NCBI GenBank assembly: GCA_965197475.1
Contig: CBDANF010000003.1
Coordinates: 1,536,001 to 1,600,000 of the forward strand
Reading direction: 5' to 3'
Source of the DNA: Candidatus Poribacteria bacterium
GTDB taxonomy: Bacteria > Poribacteria > WGA-4E > WGA-3G
Length of the DNA: 64,000 bases
Shown here piece after piece: positions 30,225-40,893 of this stretch (position 1 is its first letter; each line of letters begins with the position of its first letter). Below the pieces are notes generated by a model. The model saw nothing but the letters and a program-made list of their open reading frames with translations. It was not told where the DNA came from and made no database searches. The translations under genes and the position numbers were made by a program.

Positions 30225-30986
30225 ATGAAAAAATTGACCCCCGCAGAGGAGAACCTTAGTCTTTTTTCTGACGCAAATGATGGGGTTACAAACAATGTAT
30301 TCTCCACTGAGCGGACTGTTCAAACCCCTCCTATAGATTTACCCGAATTTCTGAAACCTAATACACGGTTAAAGATGGATGGTCTAAAGTTTCTGTCTCA
30401 TCTTCCAATAGAATCTATACCTATAGCGTTTCTTGACCCACAGTACAGAGGCGTGCTTGATAAAATGAATTATGGTAATGAGGGAAAGAGTAGAGAGAAA
30501 CGCAGAAGTTCATTGATGCAAATGCCTGAAGAACTAATTGGAGAATTCATTCGAGGCATTGACAATGTGCTTATCCCTTCTGGACATCTCTTTCTGTGGA
30601 TGGATAAGTTTCATCTTTGCCAAGGGTTCAAAACATGGTTTGATGACACACAGTTAGATATTGTTGATTTGATCGTCTGGAATAAAGACAGGTTTGGAAT
30701 GGGGTACCGATCCAGACGCGTGAGCGAATATTGTGTTGTTCTACAGAAGCATCCCAGAAAGGCTAAAGGGGTTTGGCAAATTCACACTATCCGCGATGTC
30801 TGGCTTGAACGAACGAAAACAAGAGAACATCCCCATCAAAAACCTATCGGTTTACAGTCTGAACTTATTGCTGCTGTTAGTAATGAAGGCGATTTTGTGA
30901 TTGATCCCGCCGCAGGTTCCTTTTCTGTCATGGAAGCAGCACTCTCAAAAGGTCGGAATTTCATTGGATGTGATCTGGAGGGATAA
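30225..30986 (+). CDS. DNA amino-methyltransferase (beta motif order)
   Basis: DPQY (motif IV variant), HPHQKP and DPAAGS (motif I). Confidence 0.85.
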   Translation: MKKLTPAEENLSLFSDANDGVTNNVFSTERTVQTPPIDLPEFLKPNTRLKMDGLKFLSHLPIESIPIAFLDPQYRGVLDKMNYGNEGKSREKRRSSLMQMPEELIGEFIRGIDNVLIPSGHLFLWMDKFHLCQGFKTWFDDTQLDIVDLIVWNKDRFGMGYRSRRVSEYCVVLQKHPRKAKGVWQIHTIRDVWLERTKTREHPHQKPIGLQSELIAAVSNEGDFVIDPAAGSFSVMEAALSKGRNFIGCDLEG

Positions 30987-30987
30987 A

Positions 30988-31701
30988 ATGGCAAAAATTA
31001 GAGGTAGAATTCCGAAGGAATCTTCTGGTGGATACGCTCGCTTATTCGACAATGAAGCATTAGGCGAACTCATGAGCAAAGTACAAGGGACAGTGATTTC
31101 CGCCGGAAGCGAACTAGAGAGACTTATAACGGAGAGAGTCGAAACTATAGATGACTTGGATGCCTTTCTTCGCAAAGACATCATGTCGGATGGCGTACTT
31201 CTGGCAGAAAAGAAAAAGATTAAGAAGTGCACTGAGTTAGATTCTCAAGGTTCAGAACCTGATTTTATGATTTTCAAGAGACGAGAAGGTCACCAACGTT
31301 GTCATATTGTTGAGTTGAAAGATGGTCATGTCTTTGATACCAAAAAAGTTGATAGCGAACGTGAAGCATTGCATGGTTTTGCCAAACGAAATGCTGGAAG
31401 ACTCCCGTATAGAGTTTCAACACACTTTTGCGCCTTTAATCAAGATGATCCTGAGGTCATTTGGAAGGGATTTAAGCAAAGAATTGACATTAAAGAAGCA
31501 ATGACAGGTCGAGAGTTTTGCGATCTACTAGAAATTAATTATGATGAGATCGTGGAAGTACGTAAAACAGATGCCGAGGATAATATTCGTTATTTCCTTG
31601 AAGAACTTCTGCGTATACTTGAAGCTAATAGTATTATTGAGGATATCCTCTCGTCCGAATCTCACTTAGCAGAAGAGCAAAAACTATTTCGCAACTTGTA
31701 A
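30988..31701 (+). CDS. Putative type II restriction endonuclease
   Basis: PDF...VELKDG PD-ExK motif; flanked by two methyltransferases; ATG at 30988 after GGAGG. Confidence 0.78.
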   Translation: MAKIRGRIPKESSGGYARLFDNEALGELMSKVQGTVISAGSELERLITERVETIDDLDAFLRKDIMSDGVLLAEKKKIKKCTELDSQGSEPDFMIFKRREGHQRCHIVELKDGHVFDTKKVDSEREALHGFAKRNAGRLPYRVSTHFCAFNQDDPEVIWKGFKQRIDIKEAMTGREFCDLLEINYDEIVEVRKTDAEDNIRYFLEELLRILEANSIIEDILSSESHLAEEQKLFRNL

Positions 31702-31751
31702 ATCAGATTTTGACGCGGGAGTTATCCATAGATTAACGGAAATCTGTAGAA

Positions 31752-33017
31752 ATGTCTACGGGAAGCCTGAAATATAAAGACGCATCGTGGGACTTCCGAG
31801 AGTCTGATACCAAAGAGTACACACACTGCTTCCACACCTATCCCGCTATGATGATTCCGCAGATTGCAAGGAAACTGCTAAATCAGCATGGTGTCAAAGG
31901 TGGATGGCTTCTTGATCCGTATTGTGGCACTGGCACCTCACTGGTCGAAGCATCTCTGTTTGGCATGCACAGTGTTGGGTGCGACATCAACCCGCTTGTG
32001 CGCCTGATCGCTACTGCAAAATTGACACCGATCTCTCTAAAAACGCTTGATATTGAACTCAATAAGTTGAACGATTCTTTATTTCAAATTGAATTTGGTA
32101 CGGCTAAGATGTCAGAGGCACGGATTCCAGAGATTGTAAATTTGGATTACTGGTTTTCTGAAGAGGTTATCAAATATCTTGCATATTTATTGAATTGTAT
32201 TAACAAGATAGTGGATCAAGCAATTCGTAATTTCATAACGGTAACATTTTCAGAGACGGTTCGTGAGGTTTCCTATACAAGGACAAGTGCTTTTAAACTA
32301 CATCGAATGCCAGCAGAAAAACTTGAGAATTTCAATCCTGATGTATTTGGTATCTTTCGCAAAAAACTGAATAGGAACAGACAAGGTTTGGCGGCATATC
32401 TTGAAAAACGCAAAAGTGTAGAAGCGTCAGTTTGTGATGCCAACACAGTTAACGGAGAACTACCGATACCACGTCCCCTTGGAGGCTATAATCTGGTGAT
32501 TACATCTCCACCTTATGGCGATTCGCAAACTACGGTTGCGTATGGGCAATTTTCTCGGCTTTCCGCAGAATGGATCGGTTTGACCAACGCACGAAAAATT
32601 GATAGACTTGCAATGGGCGGATACCGATCAGATGAAACATTGATGGATACCCCTGTTTCATCCGCAATTGAGAAAATCCGCTCAATTGATGAAAAACGAG
32701 CGCGTGAGGTTTCCGCTTTTTACATTGATCTGGAGCATAGCATCAATTCAGTGGTGAAGACGCTTTCGCCACGTTCTACAATTTGCTATGTTGTCGGAAA
32801 CCGTCGGGTTAAGGACGTTACGCTGCCAACAGACGAATTTGTTGTCTCTGCTTTTAGCAAACATGGGTTTTCTCATAAGGAAACCGTCGTTAGGAACATT
32901 CCAAATAAACGGATGCCCATCAAGAACAGTCCCTCTAATATCACAGGACAAACCTCCACAACGATGCACGAAGAAAATATCGTTATTTGCCAGCGAACGG
33001 ATCAAACATGTCCGTAG
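31752..33017 (+). CDS. N4-cytosine DNA methyltransferase (M.MvaI-like, alpha order)
   Basis: THCFHTYPAMMIPQ, DPYCGTGT and TSPPY. Confidence 0.88.
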   Translation: MSTGSLKYKDASWDFRESDTKEYTHCFHTYPAMMIPQIARKLLNQHGVKGGWLLDPYCGTGTSLVEASLFGMHSVGCDINPLVRLIATAKLTPISLKTLDIELNKLNDSLFQIEFGTAKMSEARIPEIVNLDYWFSEEVIKYLAYLLNCINKIVDQAIRNFITVTFSETVREVSYTRTSAFKLHRMPAEKLENFNPDVFGIFRKKLNRNRQGLAAYLEKRKSVEASVCDANTVNGELPIPRPLGGYNLVITSPPYGDSQTTVAYGQFSRLSAEWIGLTNARKIDRLAMGGYRSDETLMDTPVSSAIEKIRSIDEKRAREVSAFYIDLEHSINSVVKTLSPRSTICYVVGNRRVKDVTLPTDEFVVSAFSKHGFSHKETVVRNIPNKRMPIKNSPSNITGQTSTTMHEENIVICQRTDQTCP

Positions 33018-34156
33018 GTCAGATTATCCTCTCATCTATAACAAAAAAGTTTGGCGATACAGTTGCTGTTGACGATGTCTCTTTGCAGATAGAAGGTGGC
33101 GAGTTTTTCTCCTTACTTGGACCGAGCGGGTGCGGAAAAACAACAACATTACGTATTCTCGGAGGGTTTGTCCATCCTACTGCAGGCGATGTCTTCATCG
33201 ACGGAGAACTGATGCTTGAAACACCTCCCTATCGTCGTCCTGTCAACACAGTATTCCAAAATTACGCCTTGTTCCCACATAAAACCGTTGCCCAAAATAT
33301 CGCATTTGGATTGCAAATGAAAAAGATGCCTAAAGCGGAAATTTCAGATGCAATTGAACGTTCACTTGATTTAATTCAGTTGCCGGGCTACGGTGATCGT
33401 AAACCTAACGAACTCTCCGGTGGCGAGAGACAACGTGTTGCACTGGCACGCGCATTAATTAATGAACCGACTATCCTACTCTTAGACGAACCCCTTTCAG
33501 CACTTGATCTGAAACTCCGAAAACAGATGCAATTGGAACTGAAAGCGTTACAACGCAAAGTTGGGATTACGTTTGTTTATGTCACGCATGATCAAGGGGA
33601 AGCGTTAGCGTTGTCAGATCGGATTGCGGTGATGAACGAAGGGAGAATCCTTCAGGTTGGAACACCATCTGAAATCTACGATTCACCGCAGAATCGTTTT
33701 GTGGCAGATTTTATCGGCACGTCAAACTTTTTTGACGGGACACTCATCAGCACGGATGGTGATTTTGCAGCGGTTGTGTCAAATACTGAACCTTCCTTTA
33801 AGTTCGTTTGTCCGCACAGCGAAGATGCATCGATAGACACCTCTGTAACATTGGTAATTCGTCCGGAGCGGATAGACATATCAGCAGAACCAAACCCAGA
33901 TGTGCCAAATTGTCTACGCGGTGTGATTCAGGACGAAAGTTATCTCGGTACGACAGTGCAATACACAGTGCAAACTGATTATCCGACACCTATCATTGTT
34001 AATCAGCAATGGCGAGGAAACTCAGAAACCCTGCCCTGTAGTATAGGAGAACAGAATAGAGACAAGCGCGAGATGCATCGCTTTCGGCAAGGCGATACGG
34101 TCTATTTGCAATGGGCAGCAGAGAATGCAATTGTCTTGAAAGAGAATTCGGACTAA
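33008..34156 (+). CDS. Polyamine-type ABC transporter ATP-binding subunit (PotA-like)
   Basis: GPSGCGKT, FQNYALFPH, LSGGE, LLLDEP and a TOBE tail. Confidence 0.92.
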   Translation: MSVGQIILSSITKKFGDTVAVDDVSLQIEGGEFFSLLGPSGCGKTTTLRILGGFVHPTAGDVFIDGELMLETPPYRRPVNTVFQNYALFPHKTVAQNIAFGLQMKKMPKAEISDAIERSLDLIQLPGYGDRKPNELSGGERQRVALARALINEPTILLLDEPLSALDLKLRKQMQLELKALQRKVGITFVYVTHDQGEALALSDRIAVMNEGRILQVGTPSEIYDSPQNRFVADFIGTSNFFDGTLISTDGDFAAVVSNTEPSFKFVCPHSEDASIDTSVTLVIRPERIDISAEPNPDVPNCLRGVIQDESYLGTTVQYTVQTDYPTPIIVNQQWRGNSETLPCSIGEQNRDKREMHRFRQGDTVYLQWAAENAIVLKENSD

Positions 34157-35151
34157 CTCCGAGGCAACGGCAACCTGACTTTTCCATTATCCTGCTGTTG
34201 CGAAGTTAAGAAACCGATTATAATTTCAACAACTTTGTGTCCTTCACTACCCGGTGAAACAGGTTCCCCACCTTCTGCTACAAGTTTTACTAACTCTTGA
34301 ACACCAGCAGGAATACCGACAACATCCCATGTTGGTGCATCAATTGTTTCAATAGAATCTCCTTGATGAATTGTAGCAACCTTGTCATTAATGAGAATAT
34401 ATCCGTTTGTCCCAACAATCTCTACTCGGAAACCAGATTGAGTTGTCTTCGGTCCGCCAGCATAGTATCCGCGTACCCCGTTTGCAAAATGGATATACCC
34501 ATGCGCTGATGGCTCTGTTGACGGATCGTGTCCACCATCGCCTTTATATTCACTGTAGTCGTCGTATCCATCCTCTAATTCTGCAGTAACCCATTCTGGA
34601 GTTGAATCAGCGAAATAGCAGATAGCATCAACACAGTGTGTTCCGTTTCGGAAAAGCATGGCACGTCCGCCGCTCAACGTGCCGATGACATATTGGACAT
34701 CACCGATACGTCCACTACCGACGATCTCCTCTCTGGTCCGCCGCCATAACGGTTGCCATCTTCGCGTGTGGTCAATTGATAGAATCGTGCCGTTTTGCTC
34801 TGTCGCATGCAGCATCCTGTCTGCATCTTGGATGTTGGTAGCCATCGGTTTTTCACAGAAAATTCCTTTGACTCCAGCGTTAGCAGCGTCAACGACAAGA
34901 TCAGCATGTCGATGGTCAGATGTCGCAACCGTTACAACATCTAAATTCTCTGCTGCGAGCATCTCCTGATGGTTCGTATAAAGAGAGATATTATCCCAAT
35001 TGTCCTGCCATTTTGCTTTAAAGGCATCCAGTGTGCTTTGCACAAAATCGCACCCAGCGGCTAATTCAACGTTCGGTAAACTGACTAACCCAGATGCGTG
35101 CGTTGTCCCGATGCCACTACACCCTATAACGCCAACACGTAGTTTTGCCAT
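34153..35151 (-). CDS. Gfo/Idh/MocA oxidoreductase
   Basis: GVIGCSGIG, CEKP and NGTH. Confidence 0.9.
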   Translation of the reverse strand: MAKLRVGVIGCSGIGTTHASGLVSLPNVELAAGCDFVQSTLDAFKAKWQDNWDNISLYTNHQEMLAAENLDVVTVATSDHRHADLVVDAANAGVKGIFCEKPMATNIQDADRMLHATEQNGTILSIDHTRRWQPLWRRTREEIVGSGRIGDVQYVIGTLSGGRAMLFRNGTHCVDAICYFADSTPEWVTAELEDGYDDYSEYKGDGGHDPSTEPSAHGYIHFANGVRGYYAGGPKTTQSGFRVEIVGTNGYILINDKVATIHQGDSIETIDAPTWDVVGIPAGVQELVKLVAEGGEPVSPGSEGHKVVEIIIGFLTSQQQDNGKVRLPLPRS

Positions 35152-35336
35152 GTTCCTATTCTCCTCTATCCTACAATCTTATACCCGTGAAATTAACGCA
35201 TTACCACTGAAAAGATTGTATGCTGCAGCAGAATAGATGTCAAGTTTTTTGTGAGGAAAAAAACGATTTGATATATACCGAAAATTTTGGTAAAATATTT
35301 GTAGGTTAATAAATTTCATGATGGAGGAAAATAATT

Positions 35337-35576
35337 ATGGTTAGAATTATCGCCAATCCTGAAATTCTTGGTGGGAAACCTGTAATTGAAGGCACACGCA
35401 TAAGTGTGGAACAGGTCCTGGGATTATTGGCAAACGGTATGACAAACGAAGAGATTATTGCAGAGTATCCGATATTGGGCGAGGAAAGCATTCGGGTGGT
35501 GCTTGCGTACGCAGCACGCGCATTAAAGAACGAAATCGTCATTGACATGCCTTTTCCGCGTGAGGGGGCATCTTGA
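35337..35576 (+). CDS. DUF433 antitoxin-like protein
   Basis: PEILGGKPVIEGTRISV...EEIIAEYP. Confidence 0.9.
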   Translation: MVRIIANPEILGGKPVIEGTRISVEQVLGLLANGMTNEEIIAEYPILGEESIRVVLAYAARALKNEIVIDMPFPREGAS

Positions 35577-35591
35577 CAATGCTGCTTCCAC

Positions 35592-36587
35592 TTGGTCGCT
35601 TGCGGATCCAGCGACTTAAACAGGATAAATGTAAAATTATTACAGAACTTAGATTATAAGGATGCAAATATGCTACCAGTGATTAGTATTGATGCAAGGG
35701 ATATATGTCAAAGTGGTTTCTCTCTGCATTCAGGCAGAATAGAGCCAATTGGTCAAGCCTACTGGTTTGACTGGCAAAAAGTGAGAAATGCAGCCCAAAA
35801 TGAAGGGATGAATCTTGACAGGTACCTTATCCTGAAAATTGGATCGTTCTTATCCCATAAAAAGTTAAGATCGAATCTTCTGCTATGCTACACACCACAT
35901 CAAGGGCGATTTATGTTAATGGTTTGCTCAAAGCATAATACCAACTTAAGTTTCCTACATTTGCTTCCAGGTTATCTTGAATCTGGCCAAGATTATCTTC
36001 CTACCCGAGCGGCTCCCTTTATATTTTATGGGGGATTGCAACTTTATCGGATTTACTGTATCCAAGAACAACCTGTGACCGGTTTTTACGTTTGCGACTG
36101 TTCACTCTGTGACTTGCCGTATTCAAAAACGGAAACATGGGTTCGCGGGGAAGGAAATCTGCGGCATTTACACGGACAAAGAAGGCACGTGGTAACAGAA
36201 AACGAACTTTTCGGAGAACAAGGTTATTTGTTATATGAAATGCTTGCTCGCGAGCGTCGCAAGTGTATGCATGTAGTTTCTAAGGAGCAAGTTTACTCAT
36301 TATTTCTCCGTCTATACTGCCCTGGGGAAGATACTTTTCCTAATTTGAAACAGAGTTTTTCGTTGTCCCGTTCAAGCTACTATGTTTGCGACATGGGTTG
36401 TCAGTACGGGATTTGTATCGCAGAAGCACAGCGGAAAGACTATGAAGGTATACGAGAGCATCCAGAACACCATTATGATTACTCAGCAGTACCGGTTGAA
36501 CCTAGCGAGGAAATCAAAACCGACAGCAGGCACTTCGCTTTGCAGCATGTTTTCAGTAAGTGGATCAGAGGCGATTTCCAAAGTTAA
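35592..36587 (+). CDS. Cys/His-rich hypothetical protein
   Basis: Long ORF with CDCSLC, HLH and CDMGC...C; start codon uncertain. Confidence 0.6.
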   Translation: MVACGSSDLNRINVKLLQNLDYKDANMLPVISIDARDICQSGFSLHSGRIEPIGQAYWFDWQKVRNAAQNEGMNLDRYLILKIGSFLSHKKLRSNLLLCYTPHQGRFMLMVCSKHNTNLSFLHLLPGYLESGQDYLPTRAAPFIFYGGLQLYRIYCIQEQPVTGFYVCDCSLCDLPYSKTETWVRGEGNLRHLHGQRRHVVTENELFGEQGYLLYEMLARERRKCMHVVSKEQVYSLFLRLYCPGEDTFPNLKQSFSLSRSSYYVCDMGCQYGICIAEAQRKDYEGIREHPEHHYDYSAVPVEPSEEIKTDSRHFALQHVFSKWIRGDFQS

Positions 36588-36642
36588 ATATTTATCATGA
36601 CAATCTTGGCGGTGAGGTGTTACCGCACTGTGGAGACTTTTT

Positions 36643-37104
36643 TTACTTGAAGTTTATCGATCTTAAACGTTCAAGCCAACGAGTATTGAAATCAGCGACA
36701 ATGCTTTCACCGAATCCATCCATATCGTCAAAACGACACGCGTATGTTAGGTGATCCAAAAAAAGCCCGCCCGGTGCCTCTGTCACAATGCTAGTTATGA
36801 GGTTATCCGTGAGATTAATAGGAGATCCTTCAAACCAATGCTGTAAAAAACCTGCAAGTGTCCCTTCTATAACAACTGCCATAAAGATATGTCCCTTTTC
36901 TCGTTCCTCGTTCAGTTTCGGAAAGGGAACTCTCATCCACTTCATCCTTAATCGAAAATCCCAAGGGTCAGTATCGTGCTCAATGATTTCTACGTCACCT
37001 AATTCATATAGAAGGGCTTTGACTAAATACAAACCCGCGGGTACCACATTGTCTTTCGTATCTAGACATTCAACATAAACCCGAAATTTAGGATATTTCT
37101 GCAT
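36643..37104 (-). CDS. Hypothetical protein
   Basis: AAGGAGG upstream; 153 aa. Confidence 0.65.
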   Translation of the reverse strand: MQKYPKFRVYVECLDTKDNVVPAGLYLVKALLYELGDVEIIEHDTDPWDFRLRMKWMRVPFPKLNEEREKGHIFMAVVIEGTLAGFLQHWFEGSPINLTDNLITSIVTEAPGGLFLDHLTYACRFDDMDGFGESIVADFNTRWLERLRSINFK

Positions 37105-37219
37105 AAGTTAACGGAGCCTCCTTTTAAGATTTCTTTTCTATGATAGCATAATATTAAACAACGGTTAATTTCTTTTCATTGTTTAAATTCTGAAAGTTTT
37201 TCATTCCGATAGAATCTAA

Positions 37220-37801
37220 CTATCCAAAAATTCGATTGAAAAATATCACAACATCATCCCAGCCAGCAACAATAGAAACCAATGTACCGAAAAAGGTAAT
37301 CCCTCCTATAACTTTACTGATTATAGACGAAAATCTGATTTTATTTTTTGTGTTCCCGCTTATTAGCCCAAACGAATTTAGCATCCAAAGAGGTATATCA
37401 AGCAGGATTAAACGTGCAGTTCGCGTCAACCATACAAAAGGGTTAATTAGTTGCCATATTTTTTTAGAAAAAAGATAATCCAATTTACCGATATAGCGTT
37501 CTAACATACCCTGATTGACAGAATACGGATCGTAGAAATTGATGATTCTATTTCCTCCTATTTCATCCATCATTCTAGTTGAGTTGCGGCGTAACCAACG
37601 TAGTAACCGTTGATAACATTCTTCATCAGAAGAACTTTGCATCCATTGTTCATACTTTGAAAGATATTTTTCTCCAAAACTTTTTCGCTTGATGAGTGAA
37701 TAAAGATCGTAAATTAATCCAATAAAACCGATAACAGCTAAGGTTCCAATTATCGTAAATATATTTAACTCGGCTAACTTTGTCAGGTACCACTTTTTCA
37801 C
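37220..37801 (-). CDS. Hypothetical membrane protein
   Basis: N- and C-terminal TM helices; AT-rich. Confidence 0.65.
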   Translation of the reverse strand: MKKWYLTKLAELNIFTIIGTLAVIGFIGLIYDLYSLIKRKSFGEKYLSKYEQWMQSSSDEECYQRLLRWLRRNSTRMMDEIGGNRIINFYDPYSVNQGMLERYIGKLDYLFSKKIWQLINPFVWLTRTARLILLDIPLWMLNSFGLISGNTKNKIRFSSIISKVIGGITFFGTLVSIVAGWDDVVIFFNRIFG

Positions 37802-37866
37802 TGTTTTTCATACCAATTTTAAATTATAGTGGCAACTTTAACAACCATTGCAACCAATAAACGACA

Positions 37867-38907
37867 TTACTCCACTATCTCAAAGTCAAGAATTCTAAAC
37901 TCTACCTTCGTATGTGGTTCTCTTGAACCATTGCGCGTGTTTGTTGTTAGTTCCTGAACGCTGTTGTCAACTTCGCTTGTTACCCGCCTTGCCAACCCTG
38001 GAGGAATAATTTCCTGAAAAAGCACAGCCTCCACATCAATTGGATCATCTTGTGTGTCGTAGAAAATTACAAGACAATAGACATTCTTTACACCTTCGCG
38101 GAGTCGGTTCCGCAGGGAAAACGTGTACTCGCCGCCTACCCCAAAAGGGTATTTCCAAATAAGTTTTCCACCGGTTACTCCTCCTACGCTTCCACCCCCG
38201 AGATCAGCAAGGATAGATTTTTTTGATCCAGTAGACTTCCCTCTTGACAACGGTTTTACGGGTCCTATCTGTTCCATCAATTTTTTAAGATAGTTTGAAG
38301 GTATAGCGAAATTAAGATTTTGTCCTCCGCGGAAAGTTGCCACAGAAACGCCAATAACTTGTCCTTTATTGTTTAGCACAGGTCCGCCGCTACTCCCCGG
38401 AGAGATCGGCGCAGTGAGTTGAAGAATCTTATCTGTTCCAACTTTTCGGATGCTACTGATAATTCCTTGTAAGAACGTTCCTTCTAATCCCCGTGGGTTG
38501 CCCACGGCATAAATTGGCGCGCCAACTTGAACCGTGTCACTATCACCAAGAGAAATTGCTTGTGCCCGAGGAACTGAAATTTTTAGAATGACCAGATCGC
38601 GTTCTGCATCAACCGCTGTAATGCCTTCAATGTCGTACTTTGTTTTCTGACCTACCAGTTTCGCGTAACCTCGTGAAGCACCTCTAACAACATGAAGGTT
38701 TGTTGCAACTTGACCACTGCGGATAAAGAATCCACTGCCAAGTGAAAGTGGTTGACCGTTAGCATCTTCCATCACCAAAAGCACCGTAGAAGCTAACGCT
38801 TTTTTAGCAATTTGCTGCGGACTTTGGGCATTTGCAGCAGTTATTCCGCAAAACAGGAAAAGTGCCAAACCTGTGAAATACCGTAACAATTTTTTGTTGT
38901 GCGCCAT
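37867..38907 (-). CDS. Secreted trypsin-like serine protease (S1, HtrA-like, no PDZ)
   Basis: Signal peptide; GSGF, TNLHVV, DLVIL and ISPGSSGGP. Confidence 0.9.
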   Translation of the reverse strand: MAHNKKLLRYFTGLALFLFCGITAANAQSPQQIAKKALASTVLLVMEDANGQPLSLGSGFFIRSGQVATNLHVVRGASRGYAKLVGQKTKYDIEGITAVDAERDLVILKISVPRAQAISLGDSDTVQVGAPIYAVGNPRGLEGTFLQGIISSIRKVGTDKILQLTAPISPGSSGGPVLNNKGQVIGVSVATFRGGQNLNFAIPSNYLKKLMEQIGPVKPLSRGKSTGSKKSILADLGGGSVGGVTGGKLIWKYPFGVGGEYTFSLRNRLREGVKNVYCLVIFYDTQDDPIDVEAVLFQEIIPPGLARRVTSEVDNSVQELTTNTRNGSREPHTKVEFRILDFEIVE

Positions 38908-38950
38908 TGTGTCCTCCTTCTCACATTAAGTTTCAGAAAGTAGCAATTAA

Positions 38951-39897
38951 GAGGGTATTGGTTAAATAATGATGCGGTAATTAGTGGGTACCCTCTGAAC
39001 CACTCTGCATCACATTTCAATTAGAGTAGAGTTAATGATAACACTTATGACAAAAATTGTCAATCAAAATCAAACTAATAAACTGATTTTGATTGACAGA
39101 TGTATCTAAAACCTATATCCTTATTGAAAACAAACTCGCTGCTCTATAGAGGACACCATGAAGAATTGCCCAAGATGTCAACACACTCACTTCGTCAAAA
39201 ACGGGTTCGTCAAAACTAAACAACGCTATAAATGCAAAAACTGCGGTTATCAATGGACGCGCACAACACCCCGGGGGAAACCACAAGCACAGAAAACTCT
39301 CGCCGTTCTCTTATATTGCCACGGCATCTCAATGAATGCTATCTCAAAACTTGTCGGATGCCACGTAACAACTGTGCTTCAATGGATACGCACCTTTGCT
39401 AAAAAACAGGCACCGAAACAAACACTCACACCCGGCACCACCGCCTGCTTGGAACTTGATGAGATGTGGCACTATATTGGGAACAAGAAAAACAAACTCT
39501 GGATATGGAAGGCACTTGACAGAAACACAGGATACCTCATTGACTGGGAATGTGGTGGGCGTGATAAACAAACCCTTGAAAAACTCACGGCAAGGCTCTC
39601 AACCCTCAATGCTAAGATATATTACACAGACAAATGGCAGGTCTATGAGTCGGTCCTACCTGCCGTAAAACATGTTCAGGATAAAGCGGAGACGCATCGC
39701 ATTGAACGCAACAATGGTCGGATGCGCCACTGGTTCGGACGCTTCAAGCGCAAGTCCATTATTGTTTCCAAAAGCATAGAAATGGTGGATTTGACGATTG
39801 CTTTGTTCGCACGATTTCGTGTCAATGGCAACGTGTTTGACATTTTAAAACTCGACGGAATAGAAAACATGAATATCATTATTTAACCAATACTCTC
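38951..39897 (+). mobile_element. Complete IS1-family element
   Basis: 23-bp TIR GAG(G/A)GTATTGGTTAAATAATGAT with one mismatch; 8-bp TSD GCAATTAA (38943-38950 and 39898-39905). Confidence 0.93.
39158..39886 (+). CDS. IS1 transposase (single-ORF InsAB type)
   Basis: CPRC...QRYKCKNC zinc ribbon, HTH, ELDEMW, YTD and IERNN DDE motifs. Confidence 0.93.
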   Translation: MKNCPRCQHTHFVKNGFVKTKQRYKCKNCGYQWTRTTPRGKPQAQKTLAVLLYCHGISMNAISKLVGCHVTTVLQWIRTFAKKQAPKQTLTPGTTACLELDEMWHYIGNKKNKLWIWKALDRNTGYLIDWECGGRDKQTLEKLTARLSTLNAKIYYTDKWQVYESVLPAVKHVQDKAETHRIERNNGRMRHWFGRFKRKSIIVSKSIEMVDLTIALFARFRVNGNVFDILKLDGIENMNIII

Positions 39898-39901
39898 GCA
39901 A

Positions 39902-40878
39902 TTAAAACCCATCAGTCGGCCAAAAGATGTGATGTGAGCGGATGTCTTGTCTAATCGATTCCACTTGGTAATGCAGGAGATCTGGGAATACATCAATACG
40001 TTTTTTTGCAAATTCTGTAGGGAACGCTGCAGGTAAAATAACACGATACATCGTGCTTCCATGCGCCTCAACTGTAGGGGCGTTAAATCCATCAGCGATC
40101 GGCGCGGGATACTCTACCTCAAGTTTCTCCTCATCCATCTGCGCAATTATATCGGATAACAGAACTTCAAAAAAGGTCGTAGCTTTGTCTTGTGCAAATA
40201 ATTCCTCTGACACAACGAACTCTTTGACACCCAGTTGTTCATTCCGTTTTCTAACAGAAACATAACCTTCAATTACACTATCACGTTCAGCAACCCATGC
40301 GCTTGGCGATTCAGTTTTCACCCAATCTGTCCAATATGCGATGTCATCTCTAACAAAGGTGCCGTTGAATTTGCGGGAAAAGGTATCGTAGAGAGAAGCG
40401 AGCTGCGCAACCTCATCTGCATCTTGAAAATTGACCGGACGGATATTCCAATCCTGCTGTTTTCTACCGAGAAGCGTTTTCTTGGCATAGTAACGGGGAA
40501 CACTTTCCCATCCTTCTACCGAATAGATACGCTGGCTTCCATGGAGCATAGAGATAGCAATTTCTCGGTCCTCCATAAACCGAATCGAATCTTTGAGTAG
40601 TTGAGAAGCAAGCCTCGTTTTCGGTATTCCGATCGCGTGCTAACTTCGCCAATACCGCCAACGGATATCGGTTCACCGTGAAAGAACATCTTTCGGATAA
40701 AAACACGGACTGTGCTGACAATCTTGCCATCGTCAACAGCGACGCGAATACCCTCTACATCTTTCCACGGATCGTTATGCCAATGGTTAGAAAAATACTG
40801 ACGGCTCGCTAAAAAAACGTGTGTGACATGGTCAAGCCATGCCTCCAATTCTTCAGGATAAAGCGAGCGAAACTCCAT
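39902..40878 (-). pseudogene. GNAT (Eis-like) acetyltransferase split by a one-base frameshift
   Basis: GGIGEVST.SEYRKRG motif A in one frame continues as ASQLLKDSIRFMED in another, near 40610. Confidence 0.8.
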
Positions 40879-40893
40879 ATCTACACAGCTCCA

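Noticed and set aside
34005-34055. Possible in-frame repeat remnant near the end of the potA-like gene
   Set aside because: No TIR, TSD or second copy visible, so it cannot be supported
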